From Camelus dromedarius (lineage: Eukaryota), in the NCBI RefSeq assembly GCF_036321535.1, contig NC_087436.1, positions 90,150,001 to 90,214,000 of the forward strand: 64,000 bases of DNA, in the 5' to 3' direction. This document shows positions 12,207 to 25,473 of this stretch, piece by piece (the first letter of the stretch is position 1; the number at the start of each line of letters is the position of its first letter). Position numbers and translations under genes: made by a program. The notes beneath the pieces were generated by a model. The model was not told where the DNA came from and did not search any database. It worked only from the letters and a program-made list of their open reading frames with translations.

Positions 12207-12920
12207 TTTTTTTTTTTTTTTTAAACAGCTTTGCTAAGGTATAACTGATAAACGCAAAACTACATATATTTAATGTGTAGAGTTTGATGAGTTTGGACAC
12301 GCACATACACCATGAAACCATCACTGAATTCAAAGTAATAGATACATCCATCACCTCTAAAATTTCCTTATGTCCCATTGTGGTTTTGTCTGCTTGTTTG
12401 TTTTGTGATGGGAATGCTCTGTGTGAGATCAACCCTCTGAACAAATTTTTAACTTCACAACACAATATTGTAAACTATAGAAAGTATATTTTACAGCAGT
12501 TTTCTGGAATTTATTAGTCTTGTATAACTAAAACTTTATACACATTGAACAACTTCATAGTCCTTCCCCCCTGCCACCTCTGGCTGTTTGTAGAACACCC
12601 ACAGTAAAACAAAACACCTACAGTAAAAACAAAGCCTTCCATGGTCTACAAAGACCCCCACTGCCATTCTGCTTTGTGCTTCTATGAGTTTGACTACTTT
12701 ATGCACGTCATATAAGTGGAATCACACAGTATTTGTCCTTCTGTGACTGGCTTATTTCACATATTCACAATAGCCAAGATAGGGAAACAAACTCAGTTGG
12801 TGGATTATGGATAAAGAAAATGTTGTATATACACACAATAGAATATTATTTAGCCTTAAAAAAAAGAAAAAAGATCTTTGCATTTGGGACAGCATAGATG
12901 AACCTCATAGATATTATGCT
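12207..12920 (-). mobile_element. L1 (L1MB/L1MA9-like 3' end) with 5' inversion (12761-12920 on the + strand)
   Basis: Poly-T at 12207-12222, L1 3'UTR on the minus strand to 12760, then plus-strand attcacaatagccaagat...tattatgct. TSD aaccagatctt / aatcagatttt. Confidence 0.85.
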
Positions 12921-13564
12921 TAATCAGATTTTAATCCCTATTACTTGAGTATACTGGTGGATACTTACAAATATCTGGATATGCTTAGATATGGGAAGGT
13001 GAACATGAATTCTGGATGTATCATCAAATTTCCACCACAGACCACCTCTGTGACTAACCAGCATCTATAAGCACCTTTATTATCATATAAACATTTAAAA
13101 AATCCTCTACTTTCTTTCCAAATAAGGACTACACAAACCATCATATATGATGTGCATCCAGCTACACACACATGGTATTAATGTCTAAGCAGGAAATGCA
13201 GTAATTGTCTTTCTGTATATCAGCCCAACTGCCTACCTGAAAAGAGGGCAGAGAAGCCTGGCCCAAAAGTTTCTGTGTAGCCATTTGTCACATTTCTTTA
13301 CTAAGGGACCAAGTTAAGGCAAGGAATACTTACTCAAAGCAAAGAGGATTACAGCAAGCCAGAGAGAAAAAACAAACTAGAGATTTTAAGGGAAAATCCA
13401 AACACTGGAAGAGACACCCACCCCCAAAAAACCAAAACAAACAAACAAACAAAAAACCCAAAAAACAGAATCAGACTAGAAGGTACAGTTAGCTGAAATT
13501 GCAGAAGTGGGAAGTAACACATTCTACATAAAAGATCAGAAGGGACATGTAAAAATTTTCCTAA

Positions 13565-14148
13565 GTGATGCCCAGACTGCGGCTCATCCTCACTGAGCAG
13601 TGGATGGTTTCCATTTCATCCACAGTAAAAACGGAGCCCTTCCGTGGTCTACTGAGCCCCCCACTGCCACCTGTCACCAGTCCATCTGTTACAACTCTCC
13701 CGTTCACTCTCCACTCCAACCACTGACTTCCTTGTTGCTCTTTGGATATTCCAGGCCTGATCCCACCTCAATCACTTTGCATTCGCTGTTTCTTCTGTCC
13801 ATATAATGCTATAATCTTAATGCTTGATATTCTTTAAGTCTTGAGTCAAAAATCAGTTTATCAGAGAGGCTTACCCCTGGCCATTCTCTCAAAAGTTTCA
13901 CCGTCTCTCCTCCCCCATACTTCATGTCTTCTTTTATTGACTCATTTTTTCCTCCTTAGTGCTTACCACTAAAAAATATATATATATTTTGCCTATTTAC
14001 ATTGTTTATAGCCAGTCTTCACTTCTAGAATGAGAGGTCCATGAGGGATTTTTATCCATTTTGTTTACTTTTGTATCCCAAAACCCTAACTTATGTTTCT
14101 AGTTTAGAGGCACTCAATAAAAATGCATTGAATGAATGAATGAATGAG
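13565..14148 (+). mobile_element. L2 LINE 3' fragment
   Basis: ctttgcattcgctgtttcttctgtc...tcagagaggctt, ctagaatgagaggtccatgaggg, and the terminal gcactcaataaa...(tgaa)n tail. Confidence 0.85.
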
Positions 14149-15577
14149 TGAGCCAGGAAAGCAAAAAGGGCCAGAGGAAGGATGGGTAGGGCTTGGAATG
14201 ATAGGCATGCAGCTCCAGTGGATACATTAGAGAGAATGGTAGCATTCAAAGGAGCCAGTCCCCCAGAGGTATTCCATGTTTACCAACTAGGACATGTACA
14301 TTGTAGTACATGTGGAGGCGTCATCGTAAACTATGACATAATTGTGAGAGAATAACTCTCAGAGAAGAAGTAGTAAGTAGCTGCATTACCTTCAAGAGAA
14401 GTGTTAAGAATAAGGTTTGTTATTTCTTGTATCACTGTGGCTCTTTGTGATGTAGACTGAGTACTCTACAGGATTCTCCAGTCACCCATTTACCATGACA
14501 GAGGACAGCTCAGTAAAGGAAAATCCATCTCTTTACTGAACTTTGCAGCCTAGAAATAATACAAATTTTACAACAGAGAGAAGGGGGCAGAGCACTGCCC
14601 TGTGTTCTATTAAAGCTGAAAGTCCATTTATGTCTTTACTTTGTCTAGTCTGTGTCTTGGAAGAGATGCTCGGCATTTCTATCTTCCCTTTGATGGAAAC
14701 AGAACTTCTGAAATGATTTCAGATCTGCTGGATGGTGTCACCCTTTCCAGTCTATAACTCCAAAACTATAAGCAGCCCATTTCCCCCTGTGAGAGTTCCT
14801 GGGCCTTAAACTTCCCTCCCACTAATGATAAACTTGAATTTGGGATTAATTTATAACATTATAGATAAGACTTGACTTAATTGTCACCATGCCTTGAGAA
14901 TTTCCAACAATAACGATGTCACAACAAACAAAAACTTCAAAACTGCTACAAATCTAACCTTTTCTTAAGTCCAGGCCTTATTCTCTTCCAGCATGCTCTG
15001 AGGTACCCTTTGGCAGGGCACAGCAATCACATTCTGTTTTCAAGGAAGATCCTGAAGGGAAAATGAGAAAACATAGAAAAATCATAAGCATATTATTGAC
15101 TAACCATACTCAAAGATTTTCTCTTAAAGAAGATTTTTAGGTGAAACGCAGGGATTTTGATTCCCATGATAATGCTCATTGAACTTAAGTGTTTTTGTTC
15201 TTTTGCATGTAATCATCTCTATTTCTGTATCTAGAAACAAAGTTTTTAAAATCAACTGTCACTTTTATTCATAAATTAATTTTAGAAGCACAGGCCCCAG
15301 CAGTGCACAAGCTGCCTACATCTGCCTTCAGGCTCTAGGCTTGGAAAACATTTACACAGGGAAGATGTGGCTGCTCTCTCCAGCTTGCCATTTTAAGGTG
15401 CCTCGTCGAAATTCTCTTGCTGCTCATGTTTCAAGGCTCACAGTGAAACTATTTTTGCCAAAAGCATACAATTTTTATGCTGTTTCTCTTCTTGCAGGAG
15501 TAGCATTGCTTCAAAGTAGGGAGCTGAGGCTTTTCATCCAATGAAAAACATAATACTCTGCTAGACTTTAAAACTTA

Positions 15578-15742
15578 CAGAAGTGTTTCACTAATTTCTC
15601 TGATGATAAGAACTCCTAGGACACAGATTTCCAGGTTCTACATCTAGAGATTCTGATTGGGTAGGTCAGATATGATGTCTAGGAGTCTAGTCAGTGACTA
15701 TTAACCGAAGATCCAGGTGATAAGTTAGAAGACATTGGCCTC
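15578..15742. mobile_element. MER5A-like hAT MITE
   Basis: cacagatttccagg...agagattctgattgggtaggtc...ccaggtgat...ttagaagacattgg. Confidence 0.65.
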
Positions 15743-15824
15743 TGGAGTATATCAGTATAGAGTTTATCACAGCGAAGTGTGAAATAATGAGGCATTTTTA
15801 TTCTATTTTTGTAATTCTTTTTAT

Positions 15825-16050
15825 ACAGAATATCATGTAGCTCACTGGTTAAGAACATGGTCTCCAAAACCAGTTTCAAACCACAGCACTACCACTTATT
15901 CAATGTATGACTTTGGTAAATTTCTTCATTGGGTAAAAATAGGGCAACCTCAGGACTTCTGTATGGATTGAATTAGTTAATCCATGAAAAGTGCTACTAA
16001 CTGTGCCAAGTTGTGCTCAGTGCTCAATGATAGCTATTAATATTCTTGTT
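15825..16050 (+). mobile_element. MIR SINE
   Basis: tggttaagaacatgg...accacttatt...tgactttggtaaattt...gttaatccatgaaaagtgct...gtgctcaatgatagctatt. Confidence 0.75.
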
Positions 16051-16664
16051 ATTACTGCCATTATCACCATTATGTGAATGCTAAGTGTAGTTCATGGCTA
16101 TTACAGCTATCCTATTAGACATATAGCAGTAAAGCCATAACTCTGTGTTTAAGGGTCAAGGTCTGAAGAGAGACTTTCGTGTTGCCAGGCAACCTTGAAA
16201 AACTCCTGTCTTTCACAGGGTTGATAGAATAAAAAGGAAAAACTCTAGGTAAGCTTCAGAGTTGAAATAAGGGTCTCTTGTCTTTAGTAAATATAATGCA
16301 ACATGTTTGATGAGGAGTCTTGATTGTTGTGGCATAAGAGAATGAAGAGGGGAAAAACAAAACCAATATTATTGACAAAGCAAACTGATTTTCAATATAT
16401 GTTACTTTCATTGATTTTGATAACAATTGGGATAGGTGTTGGTATCTCTTTAAAACTGAAGGAAGAACAGTTCAAATAAGTTAACAACTTGTCTGAATTC
16501 ACTTACTTTGAGTTTGCCAGAGAAACTATCTGAGCTACAATTATTCCGACTTCTCTATAGCAGAGGAAAACCGGGTGTTAGGACAAAAATTACAATCAGT
16601 CATGGTGTTATGAAGCCTGTGTAATCAAAGAGCAGATGTGATGAGTTTTGTTTACTTTTAATCT

Positions 16665-17720
16665 TTTAAGTTTTTTACAGCTTTGTTGAAGTATAATTTA
16701 TACACTAAAACTGCATATATTTAATGTACACAATTTGATGGGTTTAGACATATGCCTATACTTACAATACCATCACCACAATCAAGATAAGAAACATACG
16801 CATCTCCAAAGTTTCCTGGGTGTCCATTTATGTGTGTGTGTTTAACAGTAAGAATACTTAATATGAGATCTACCTTGTTAACAAGTTTTTAAGGGTACAA
16901 CACCATACTGTTACCTACAGGCACCGACTCTTGCGCAAATATAACTTTATACCAATTGAACAACAACTCCCTATATTCTCCTCCCACATATCCTGGCAGC
17001 AACCGATCTGTCTGCTGCCTCTATAAGTTTTACTGTTTTAAATACATCATATAAGTGGAACCACGCAGTATGTATCATTCTGTGACTGACTTACTTCACT
17101 TAGCATAATGTCTTCCAGGTACATCCATGTTGTTGCAAATGGGAGTTACTTCCTTCCCTTTTTTTTTTTTTTAAAGACTGAGTAATATTCTATTGTGAAT
17201 ATACCACAATTTCTTTATTCATTTATCTGTCAGTGGACCTTTGGGTTGTTTCCATATCTTGGCTATTATGAATGATACTGCAATGAACATGAGGTTACAG
17301 ATATCTCTTCAAGCTCCTCATTTCCATTTCATCTGAAATATATCCAGGAGTGGTATTGCTGTATCATATGGTAGTTCTTGTTTTAATATTGAGGAAACTT
17401 CATACTGTTCTCTATACTGGCTGTACCATTTTACATTCCTACCAAGAGTGTACAAGTATTCCAATTTCTTTACATCTTCAACAAACAATTGTTATTTGGG
17501 GGGTTGTTTTTGTTAATAGTTATCCTGACAGCTGTAGAGTAATATCTCATTGTGGTTTTGATTTGCATTTTCCTGATGATTAGTGATGTTGAGCACCTTT
17601 CCTTATAATTGTTGGCCATTTTTATATCTTTTTAGGATAATTGTATATTCAAGTCCTTTGCCCACTTTTAAGTTTGATTCTTTGCTAATGAGTTTCAGGA
17701 GTCCCTTATATATTTGGAAA
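16665..17720 (-). mobile_element. L1 fragment (3'UTR plus ORF2 C-terminal region, L1MB/L1MA9-like)
   Basis: acagctttgttgaagtataattt, ttcacttagcataatgtcttccagg, gaggaaacttcatactgtt, ctcattgtggttttgatttgcattt. Confidence 0.9.
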
Positions 17721-17929
17721 ACATGCTTATATTAAAAAAAAAATCTGTTTTTGGTTTGTGTTTCTGGTAGTCTCTATAATCATTTCTTCTTTCTTATTCC
17801 CTTATCACTGACTATAGAGTTTTTTGAAAAAGTGTACTTTCTTCCAGCTTTGCAAAGAAAAACCAAGGAGAGGACATATATAGATAGTTGGTCAAGAATA
17901 ACTGTATTATTATATTATATAACAATAAT

Positions 17930-18655
17930 ATTATTATAATAATCATACTAGCTAGCAATTGTTGTGACTTTACTGTATATAAACAATGATCCAAGAAAAT
18001 CATATGTGTTATCTGATGTAATCAGTCAAACAGGACTCCAAAGTATGTATTATTATTTTGGTAGACACAATAGATTGGCTGGCTCAACATCTGTTATGAG
18101 TTCCTTCTATGTGCTTTCTTTGGAAATCTAATAATCTTACCTTTTTGATGCTCCCTTGATAGCAGCTTTCTGGATTTTGTTGAGTTTGCCAATATGATGC
18201 ACTTGCACATGACTAGAACATTGAACTATATTAAGCGGGGGAAAGAGCAAGCTACAAGCATGTATTTTGACGGAGTACATCACCACATGGTTCTGCGGTC
18301 AAAAACTCCATTATTTCCTGACTTTCTTTAGCTCTATTTCAGTTTTCCACACAGTGGGAGATGCAGTGAGATTCTAGGGCTGATTTCTTCCTGAACTTCA
18401 ACTTGTTCAAAGGAATTAACCAGTTCCTTTGTTCTTCCAGTATATTTTGTAAATACTTAAAACTTGTCTGCCTAAACTAGCTAGAGGTTTTCTTTTGTTT
18501 TTAACAGAAACCTTTAAGATACACTTACTATTGCTTTTTTATAGATGAAAGTGAGGCTTAGAGAGCTTCAGTAAATTGCGTAAGATCATTTCGCTAGTAA
18601 GTACTCGAGCCAGGACCACAAGCACATCTACCTGTAGAACTCAAACTCAACCCCA
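17930..18655. mobile_element. MIR (minus strand) split by an old MLT1 LTR (about 18059-18522)
   Basis: MIR halves flank the LTR: tgttatctgatgtaatc...tattatt on the left and ttttttatagatgaaagtgaggcttagagag on the right. The LTR begins gtagacacaatagattggctggctc and ends aaacctttaagataca. Confidence 0.55.
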
Positions 18656-19384
18656 CCCTGTATTTCATTTTTATCAAGGTATAGAGCAGACAATATATTC
18701 CTAAGGATTAGCATTTTGAAGTGAGTTAAGGCAAGCAGTTGTACTGGGATGGTGAGCACTAGACAGGTGATGTCAAAATCTCAGAATGCTGAAGGCATAC
18801 TGATTGCCAAATTTGGGGCAATAGGTACAAAAATGAGTAACCACTCAGCATAAGAGGCCCCTGACACAAAAGACAAATAGAATTATACTGGAATTCGGAA
18901 AGCTGTCAATGAACATCCCAGTAGCTTCCCAAGTATATAAAATATTATTGGCAGTTAGTTTCTTCAGTTTAAATATAATAGCAAAAATCACCAAGTGATT
19001 TCCCTGCATTAGGTACTATACTGTTAACACTTAAGAAAAATGGCTATCGTTACTTCCAATTTGTTGTACATCAGAAATAAATTAGGTTGAATCAATACAT
19101 GAGCTGACACATCATTTTGTCTGAATGTGTTAGTTGGAACAAATAGGACAATTATGTAAAAAGGCATCCAAGAGAATACAATGATTCTGTGTTTCAAATA
19201 GCACAGGATACAATTATTAGAACTGATTAAGTCTTGCTTTATTACAATTAATTATCATGACTATGCTTCTGGTAATTTAGAGATATGTTTCAAGTTTTTA
19301 ACAGAGATAGCTCATTTTCAGTGAGAATCATTAAACATCAACCATTCAAATGTATAAGTAATTTTACAAAAATGAACTAGAATG

Positions 19385-19700
19385 AATTGGATGAAGGTAG
19401 TCAAAAAGCACAAACATAAGATAAATATGTTCTAGAGATGTAACATAGAACATAATGACTATAGTTAACTCTGCTGTATGGTATATTTGACAGTTGCTAA
19501 AAGAATAGATTCTGTAAGTTCTCAGCACAGGGAAAAACACTGTTTTCCATTTTTTCTATCTATATGAGATAACATAATTCACTAAACTTATTGTAGTAAT
19601 CATTTCACAATATATGTAAGTCAAGCCATTAGGCAATACACCGTAATCTAACACAGTGCTGTATGTCAATGGTATTTCAATAAAACTTAAAAAAAAAAAG
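19385..19700 (+). mobile_element. L1 3' end (Laurasiatherian L1MA9-related) with poly-A
   Basis: gatgaaggtagtcaaaa...atgactatagttaa...aatcatttcacaatatatgtaagtc...tgtatgtcaa...tcaataaaact followed by an A-run. Confidence 0.85.
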
Positions 19701-19764
19701 GATTAGAGGTATGGAAAAGGGAAGTGATAGTCTTCCTTCACGTGATATACATACACAACATGTA

Positions 19765-19985
19765 TGTAGCACTTACTGTGCACTAAACTTTGGATTGAGT
19801 ACTTTATATGCATCATCTTATTTAATTTTCACAATAACCTTTTGGAGTGGATCTTAATTAGGTCATTTACAATGAGGAAACTGAGACTCGGGCTGGTTAT
19901 ACAGTTGGTCAATAGTAAAGGTGGGTTTTTAACCAAGATCTATCTAATTCCAAAGCCTTATTCTACTCTCCACAGGATACTGCCT
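19765..19985 (-). mobile_element. MIR SINE
   Basis: agcacttactgtgc...catcttatttaattttcacaataacc...aatgaggaaactgagactc. Confidence 0.8.
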
Positions 19986-20499
19986 TTCTAAATGGACGGA
20001 ATTTGAGCAAAACTGAGTATGATCACACAGTATCTTCAATGTAATAATCTTTAATATCATTACATGAATGTAATATGTTTGCATAACAGAAATAAATAGT
20101 TTTTGGAAAAAGCATTATCCCCAAAGCTGAAAATATTATCAGGATCATCTACACTTACTGTCTTCATTTTTGGAAGAAGAAATATTCATGCATTAAATAA
20201 TTCACTAAAAAAATACATCTCATGCTGGGCACTGTGCTAAATGCTAGGAGGACCAAATTAATACTGGAGCTGAGGTCCAAATCTTGACCTCACCTCTCCA
20301 GCCTCGAGTGCCTCCCTTACCTGTGCCAAGCAGACCCATCACATAATGAACACCCACATTTCAGAATTCTCTGGCATCTCTGCCTTTAGCCTATAATACG
20401 TATATGAACAGGGAGATGGCAGGCAGCCATGGTGCAGCACGACTTCCTCTTCTCTACAATGGAAATAGCTAAGTCAGTTTAAGACTATTATTCACAGAT

Positions 20500-20940
20500 T
20501 AACACTGTAGCAGAGGGAGTTAGAGATATAAGAAATATCATACATGAAGGAATATTCAAAGACGACCCCAGAAAAGGGGGAAATGGCCAAGAGGCAGAAA
20601 ACAGTGAAGGTTTGGAGGAAAACAGACAACAGAATTCCAGCATGTTGATAATATGGTTTGCCTGAGAAGGAGTCCCACAGAGATAAACCAGAAGTATGAT
20701 AGAATAACACTTTTCAGGACTGATTAAAGACATAAGTTTGAAGCTAGAAGAACCCATTCTACCTCCAAGATTACAGCCAAGATTGACTCTCAGAAATTCT
20801 CTAGCATAGCATTTGAATTTTAAGAATAAAAAAGAAATACAACAATTACCTAGGCAGAAAACTACATTAGCTACCAAAAAAAAAAAAAAAAAAGAAGAAG
20901 AAGTATTCTGACGTTTCTCAATCATCTCCTTAGTAAAACT
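20500..20940 (+). mobile_element. Very old L1 ORF1-region (or HAL1) fragment
   Basis: A-rich, with ttttcaggactgattaaagacataagt...gaattttaagaataaaaaagaaat resembling L1 ORF1; no intact frame. Confidence 0.5.
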
Positions 20941-21529
20941 AAATATTATTGTGGAAGGGAGGGAGATAAGGAACATATCTCTTATTGTCTTTACACCTAG
21001 GTTTTAGATTTGGTTTACAGGGAAAGAGAATTTCTTGTCCTCCCTCCCTATAGTAATGAATATTGAAGGTACAACTTCCCCTCTAACCCTCTCTACCATT
21101 TTACTTCTCCAGCCCTCTGAGAATTGTGAATCTTCGTTGTCAGAACATGACATTCATCTGTCTCTGCTTGTCAGTTGAGTTAATGTGTATTAAAATTCAG
21201 GGCTCATAAAAATCTCAACTTCTAGCGCTCTTCTATATAGATACTAAATGAGAATCCGGCCCTTTTGAATAAGCTGGCTCTTTTTAGTGCCTGAAACTGC
21301 AAATGACACTCATGCAGTTTCCTGCCTCATCTAAGATTGAAAAGACTAAGGTCCTCACAACCACTGCCACCATCCTTCACCTTGGTTTAATCATGTACAG
21401 GGACAGAAATTTAGAGGCCTCTTCCATGCTGTCTTCTGTCCAATTAAACAGACTGGGCAGCACAGGCCAACACATAGCTAGTCTATATTAAACAGCTCAG
21501 ATGGCTTCTTGTTGTCTATACTAAACATT

Positions 21530-22630
21530 TCAAAAATTTTTTGAAATAATATTTTATTTTGGGGAGATGATAAGATTGATTTGGTTCTCAATTCAAAAGG
21601 TACAGACGTATTGGCACTAAAATACTAGCCGCTCACTCTCACTCTCCCATTGTTCAGTTCTTGCTCATGGAAACAAAATATGCCATTATGCCATTAGTGG
21701 TTTTTCACACTATCAGAGATTTTTTAATGTAAATTCAAGCGAACACACACACACATGGGTATGTATAATTTTTCCATCTTTGTTTCTAAAAAACATGGCC
21801 TACTGTGACATTGTTCTGCACTGTGCTATGTTTGGTTTGGTTTTTTTTTTTTTCTTTCTTTTTTTTTTCACTTAAATACACATACCTAAATTGGTTCTTT
21901 AGTAATTCATGAAGAATTTTCTAATTTATTAAATAGCACACAGTATGGTTTATATGATTTATTTAACTAGTCCCAAGGATTATTATTTAACATATTTCTA
22001 AACTTCATGGTGACTAAAAACATATTTATTAATATATATTTCCACATAAGAGTAAATATATTTTCAGGATAATTTTCTAGAAATGAAATTGCCAAGTAAA
22101 ATAAATTTTCATTTGCAAGTTTAATAGATCCTACCAGATTTTTTTTTTAATTGGAAGAGTATACAAGTTTATTCTTTTAACTACAATAGCTATATCTGTT
22201 TTTCCACACTCTTGAAAAAAAGTATTATCTCTATTTTTTGGCAATCCAACAGAATAATTATTATCTTAATATAGTTTAATTTGCATTTTTAATCAGAAAT
22301 GATGTTAAGCTTCTTTTTACATGTTAATGATCCATTTATATTTTCTTTCATCTGAACTATTGTTTGCTAATTCTCTCTTGAGTATTTGTACTAAAAATTT
22401 GTAGAATTTTATATATTAAAGGTGTCATATCTTTATTGATGGTATAATCATACTTTTTTTCCCTAAAATAGCTACTTTGTTTATCTAACAAAATTAATCA
22501 TATAAAGCATAATGTCCTCACTGATTTGACAGGGACTTTCTATACATTAATTGTAAGTTGCATTTGATCTTGGACTCTGTAGTCTGTTCTTTTGATGTAT
22601 ATGGCTATACCTACACAAGAGCCAAAGTAC
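21530..22630 (-). mobile_element. Old L1 (L1ME-like) 3' fragment
   Basis: aattcaaaaggtacag, ggataattttctagaaatgaaattgcc, tagtttaatttgcattttt; heavily diverged. Confidence 0.6.
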
Positions 22631-22640
22631 AAATGTGGGC

Positions 22641-23248
22641 CTTTTTATTGCAGTATAGTTGACATACAATATTATATTAGTTCAGGTGTACAACATAGTG
22701 ATTCACTATTTTTTTATATTATGCACCATACAAAATTATTATAATATTATTGATTATATTCCCTGGGTTACCTTACATCATTGTGACTTAACTTGTTTTA
22801 TAACTGGTAGTTTGTGCCTGTTAATCCCCTTCACTTATTTTACCTACCCCTTCACCTCTTTTCCCTCTGGTAACTACCAGTTTGTTTTCAGTATCTGTTT
22901 CTATTTTGTTTGTTTGTTTGTTTGGTTTTTTAGATTCTACACGTAAGGGATAATAACATGCAGTATTTGTTTATCTCTGACTATGTCAGTTAGCATAATA
23001 CTCCCCAAGTTCGTCTGTGTTGTTACAAATGACAATATTTCATTCTTTTTTATGACTAATATTCTGTTGTGAATAAATACCACATCTTCTTGTCCATTTA
23101 TCTGTCAATCAAAACTTAGGTTACTTCCATATCTTGACTAATTTAAATAATACTGCAATGAACATAGGGGTGCATATATCTATTTTGAATTAGTGTTTTT
23201 GTTTTCTTCAGAAAAAGACCCAGAAGTGGAATTGCTGGATCTTATGGT
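22641..23248 (-). mobile_element. L1 3' end with TSD
   Basis: tttttattgcagtatagttgacatacaat...agaagtggaattgctggatcttatggt. Flanks atgtgggcctttt (22633) and atgtggctttt (23249) form a diverged TSD. Confidence 0.9.
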
Positions 23249-25229
23249 ATGTGGCTTTTGTGTGAGATTACTAATTTATCCATACCTACTCTGATTCTCA
23301 AAAAACTCAACTGAGTCTATGGAAGATTTTGATCATTAGCCTGGTGTTTCAAAAAGAGAGTTTAGGATTTTTTCTTTGTCTCAAGGTGTGCACCTTGCTT
23401 CCTAGAAATGTGCCTTGATGACTTCTGAAATTCTTATGTGCATAGTACCCTCCTTGTAACCTCTTGTTTTTCCCTGATTGACAATCATTTTTTTAAAGCA
23501 GTGGTGGCCCCTCTAATTATTTTACTTTTGGGGGATTTTATGTATCAGCTAGTTTCATTAACATGCTTTTTTCATAATTATTTCTTATTCTACATGATGA
23601 TTTTGGGTGATTTCTCAAAAGCGGAGAAAAGTGATGGTTTGTTCTATACTGATAATCTGCATACCAGAAGTGCTATGAGTTGATTTCTCTATTCATGGAA
23701 GTCACATGCTCCTATTTTCAGTTATTGGATGATATATTAATAGATGATATATAGGCACAAGTCCGAAGTCTGATCTTTAATAAACAAGTTCTGATGTTTT
23801 GAGATGATTGTGCCACCTATAGCGGTAGCTGCTGAGCTGGTATTTAATTTTCAGAAATAGAAGTTGTTCCAATTCTACGTGAAGTTCCTCATAAAACACA
23901 GGGTTTCTGTGTATGGGTTGCTGCTGTTTTTGTTGTTTAGGTTTAGCAAGGAGAAACCTTTCACTACTGTTGGTCCCCTCCTCAACCTTATCCACTTTCT
24001 CATACAGTAGTGTAGGGTAAAATTAAGCACCCTCCCAATTAATTTCTAACAAACCAACATGTAAAAGGTTGGGGGCTTTCAGACAGATGGTACTATATCT
24101 ATCTTATATGAGTAGAAAGATTTATATTGGCTGCCTCAAATTTTACTTCTCCTTATTAGCTTTGATCTTTATTCAGGATAAAGGAGGAAACTATAAAATC
24201 TGCTTTACTCTCTTTGCCCAGTGTATGACACCAACAGGCTCTGGATTGCTCTTTCTATAGACTCTGTATACGTTTGCTGATTTCAGTGGCCCAGAATGTG
24301 GACCAGTAATAGTGGGTAGATTAGTTTATCAGTAAGTAGATGAAGAACAAAAGAGACACTTTATAAATAAGAGTAATTTTTTATCTTTGTCATTGAGTGA
24401 AGAGAATAAAAGCATTGAAAACTACTACAAATTCAAAAGATAAGAAAAAAATGTAAAAAGGAAATACTGAAAAATGCTGTCTCTAAATACCACATATACT
24501 CAGACTATGGAAATAAGGCCAGTTTAAGAAAAAGTGGTTTTGAAGTTTATTTCTGATTAGAAACAGTGATAATGTAAGATAAATACAAAAGATGATAAGT
24601 TGTTTGAATTGGAGGAGAGAGTTACTTTCTTTGGAGGAAGACTGACACCACTAGCTGTATGTCTATTTTTTCTTTTTTTTATAAGAAATATAAATTAATA
24701 TATTAGTTATTATATTAATTAATTTAACAGAAGGAAATAAACTACACATTTCTTTTTTTCTTTTTTTGTTATTACAGATACTATAGGATTCAGTTCTTGA
24801 CTATAAGATGCAATCAGAAATTGTTACAGATTCTGATAAGCACTTTAAAAAGTGGGCAAGTTCAGCTAGATATTATTTTTCCTATGTCCTTGAACTTTCC
24901 ACCTTATTCCTGCATAAAAAGGATGTCTTGAACTATAGAATCCATCTTGTGATCACAAGGGCCTAATGCCAATGCTATGATTGACAAAGCAGATCAAGAT
25001 ATTTACGTACACAATGAAATTTCCAGCTTGGGGAGTAATACTGACCAGCATCTTCTAAACATTATGCTACATAAAGAAGAACTTTTTGTTAACTTAGAAC
25101 TTTTAAGAGATGTAAAGATCTCTCTCTTTTTTTTTTTTTTTTTTTTTGAGAGATGATGGGGACAGTTTCTGACATGTAGATGAACACAGAAGGGTCGAAA
25201 TAATAGATGTCAGCTTACATTTAAATGAT

Positions 25230-25473
25230 TTAAACAGGAAACTACAGCAGCCCACAGCCCAAATCAGGCAATATGTTTTTTGGGCGGTTTTCTTTGTTTG
25301 TTTTGTTTTGTATAGTTTTCTTGGATGATAGCCTACACACTTGTTTTATAATGTCTATGGTGGCGTGTATGGTGCTATAGCAGAGTTGAGTAATTATGAC
25401 AGAGATCACAATGTCCACAAAGTCTGAAATATTTATTATCTGATTCTTTATGGAAAAAAGGTTTTTGACCTTG
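25230..25473 (+). mobile_element. MER58A-like hAT MITE, near full length
   Basis: tgtctatggt...gctatagcagagttgagtaattatgacagagatcac...cacaaagtctgaaatatttattatctg...gaaaaaaggtttttgaccttg. Confidence 0.85.

Noticed and set aside
20488..20976. 162-aa hydrophobic ORF
   Set aside because: Antisense reading of an A-rich L1 ORF1 fossil and a poly-A run, which yields F/L-rich pseudo-membrane sequence.
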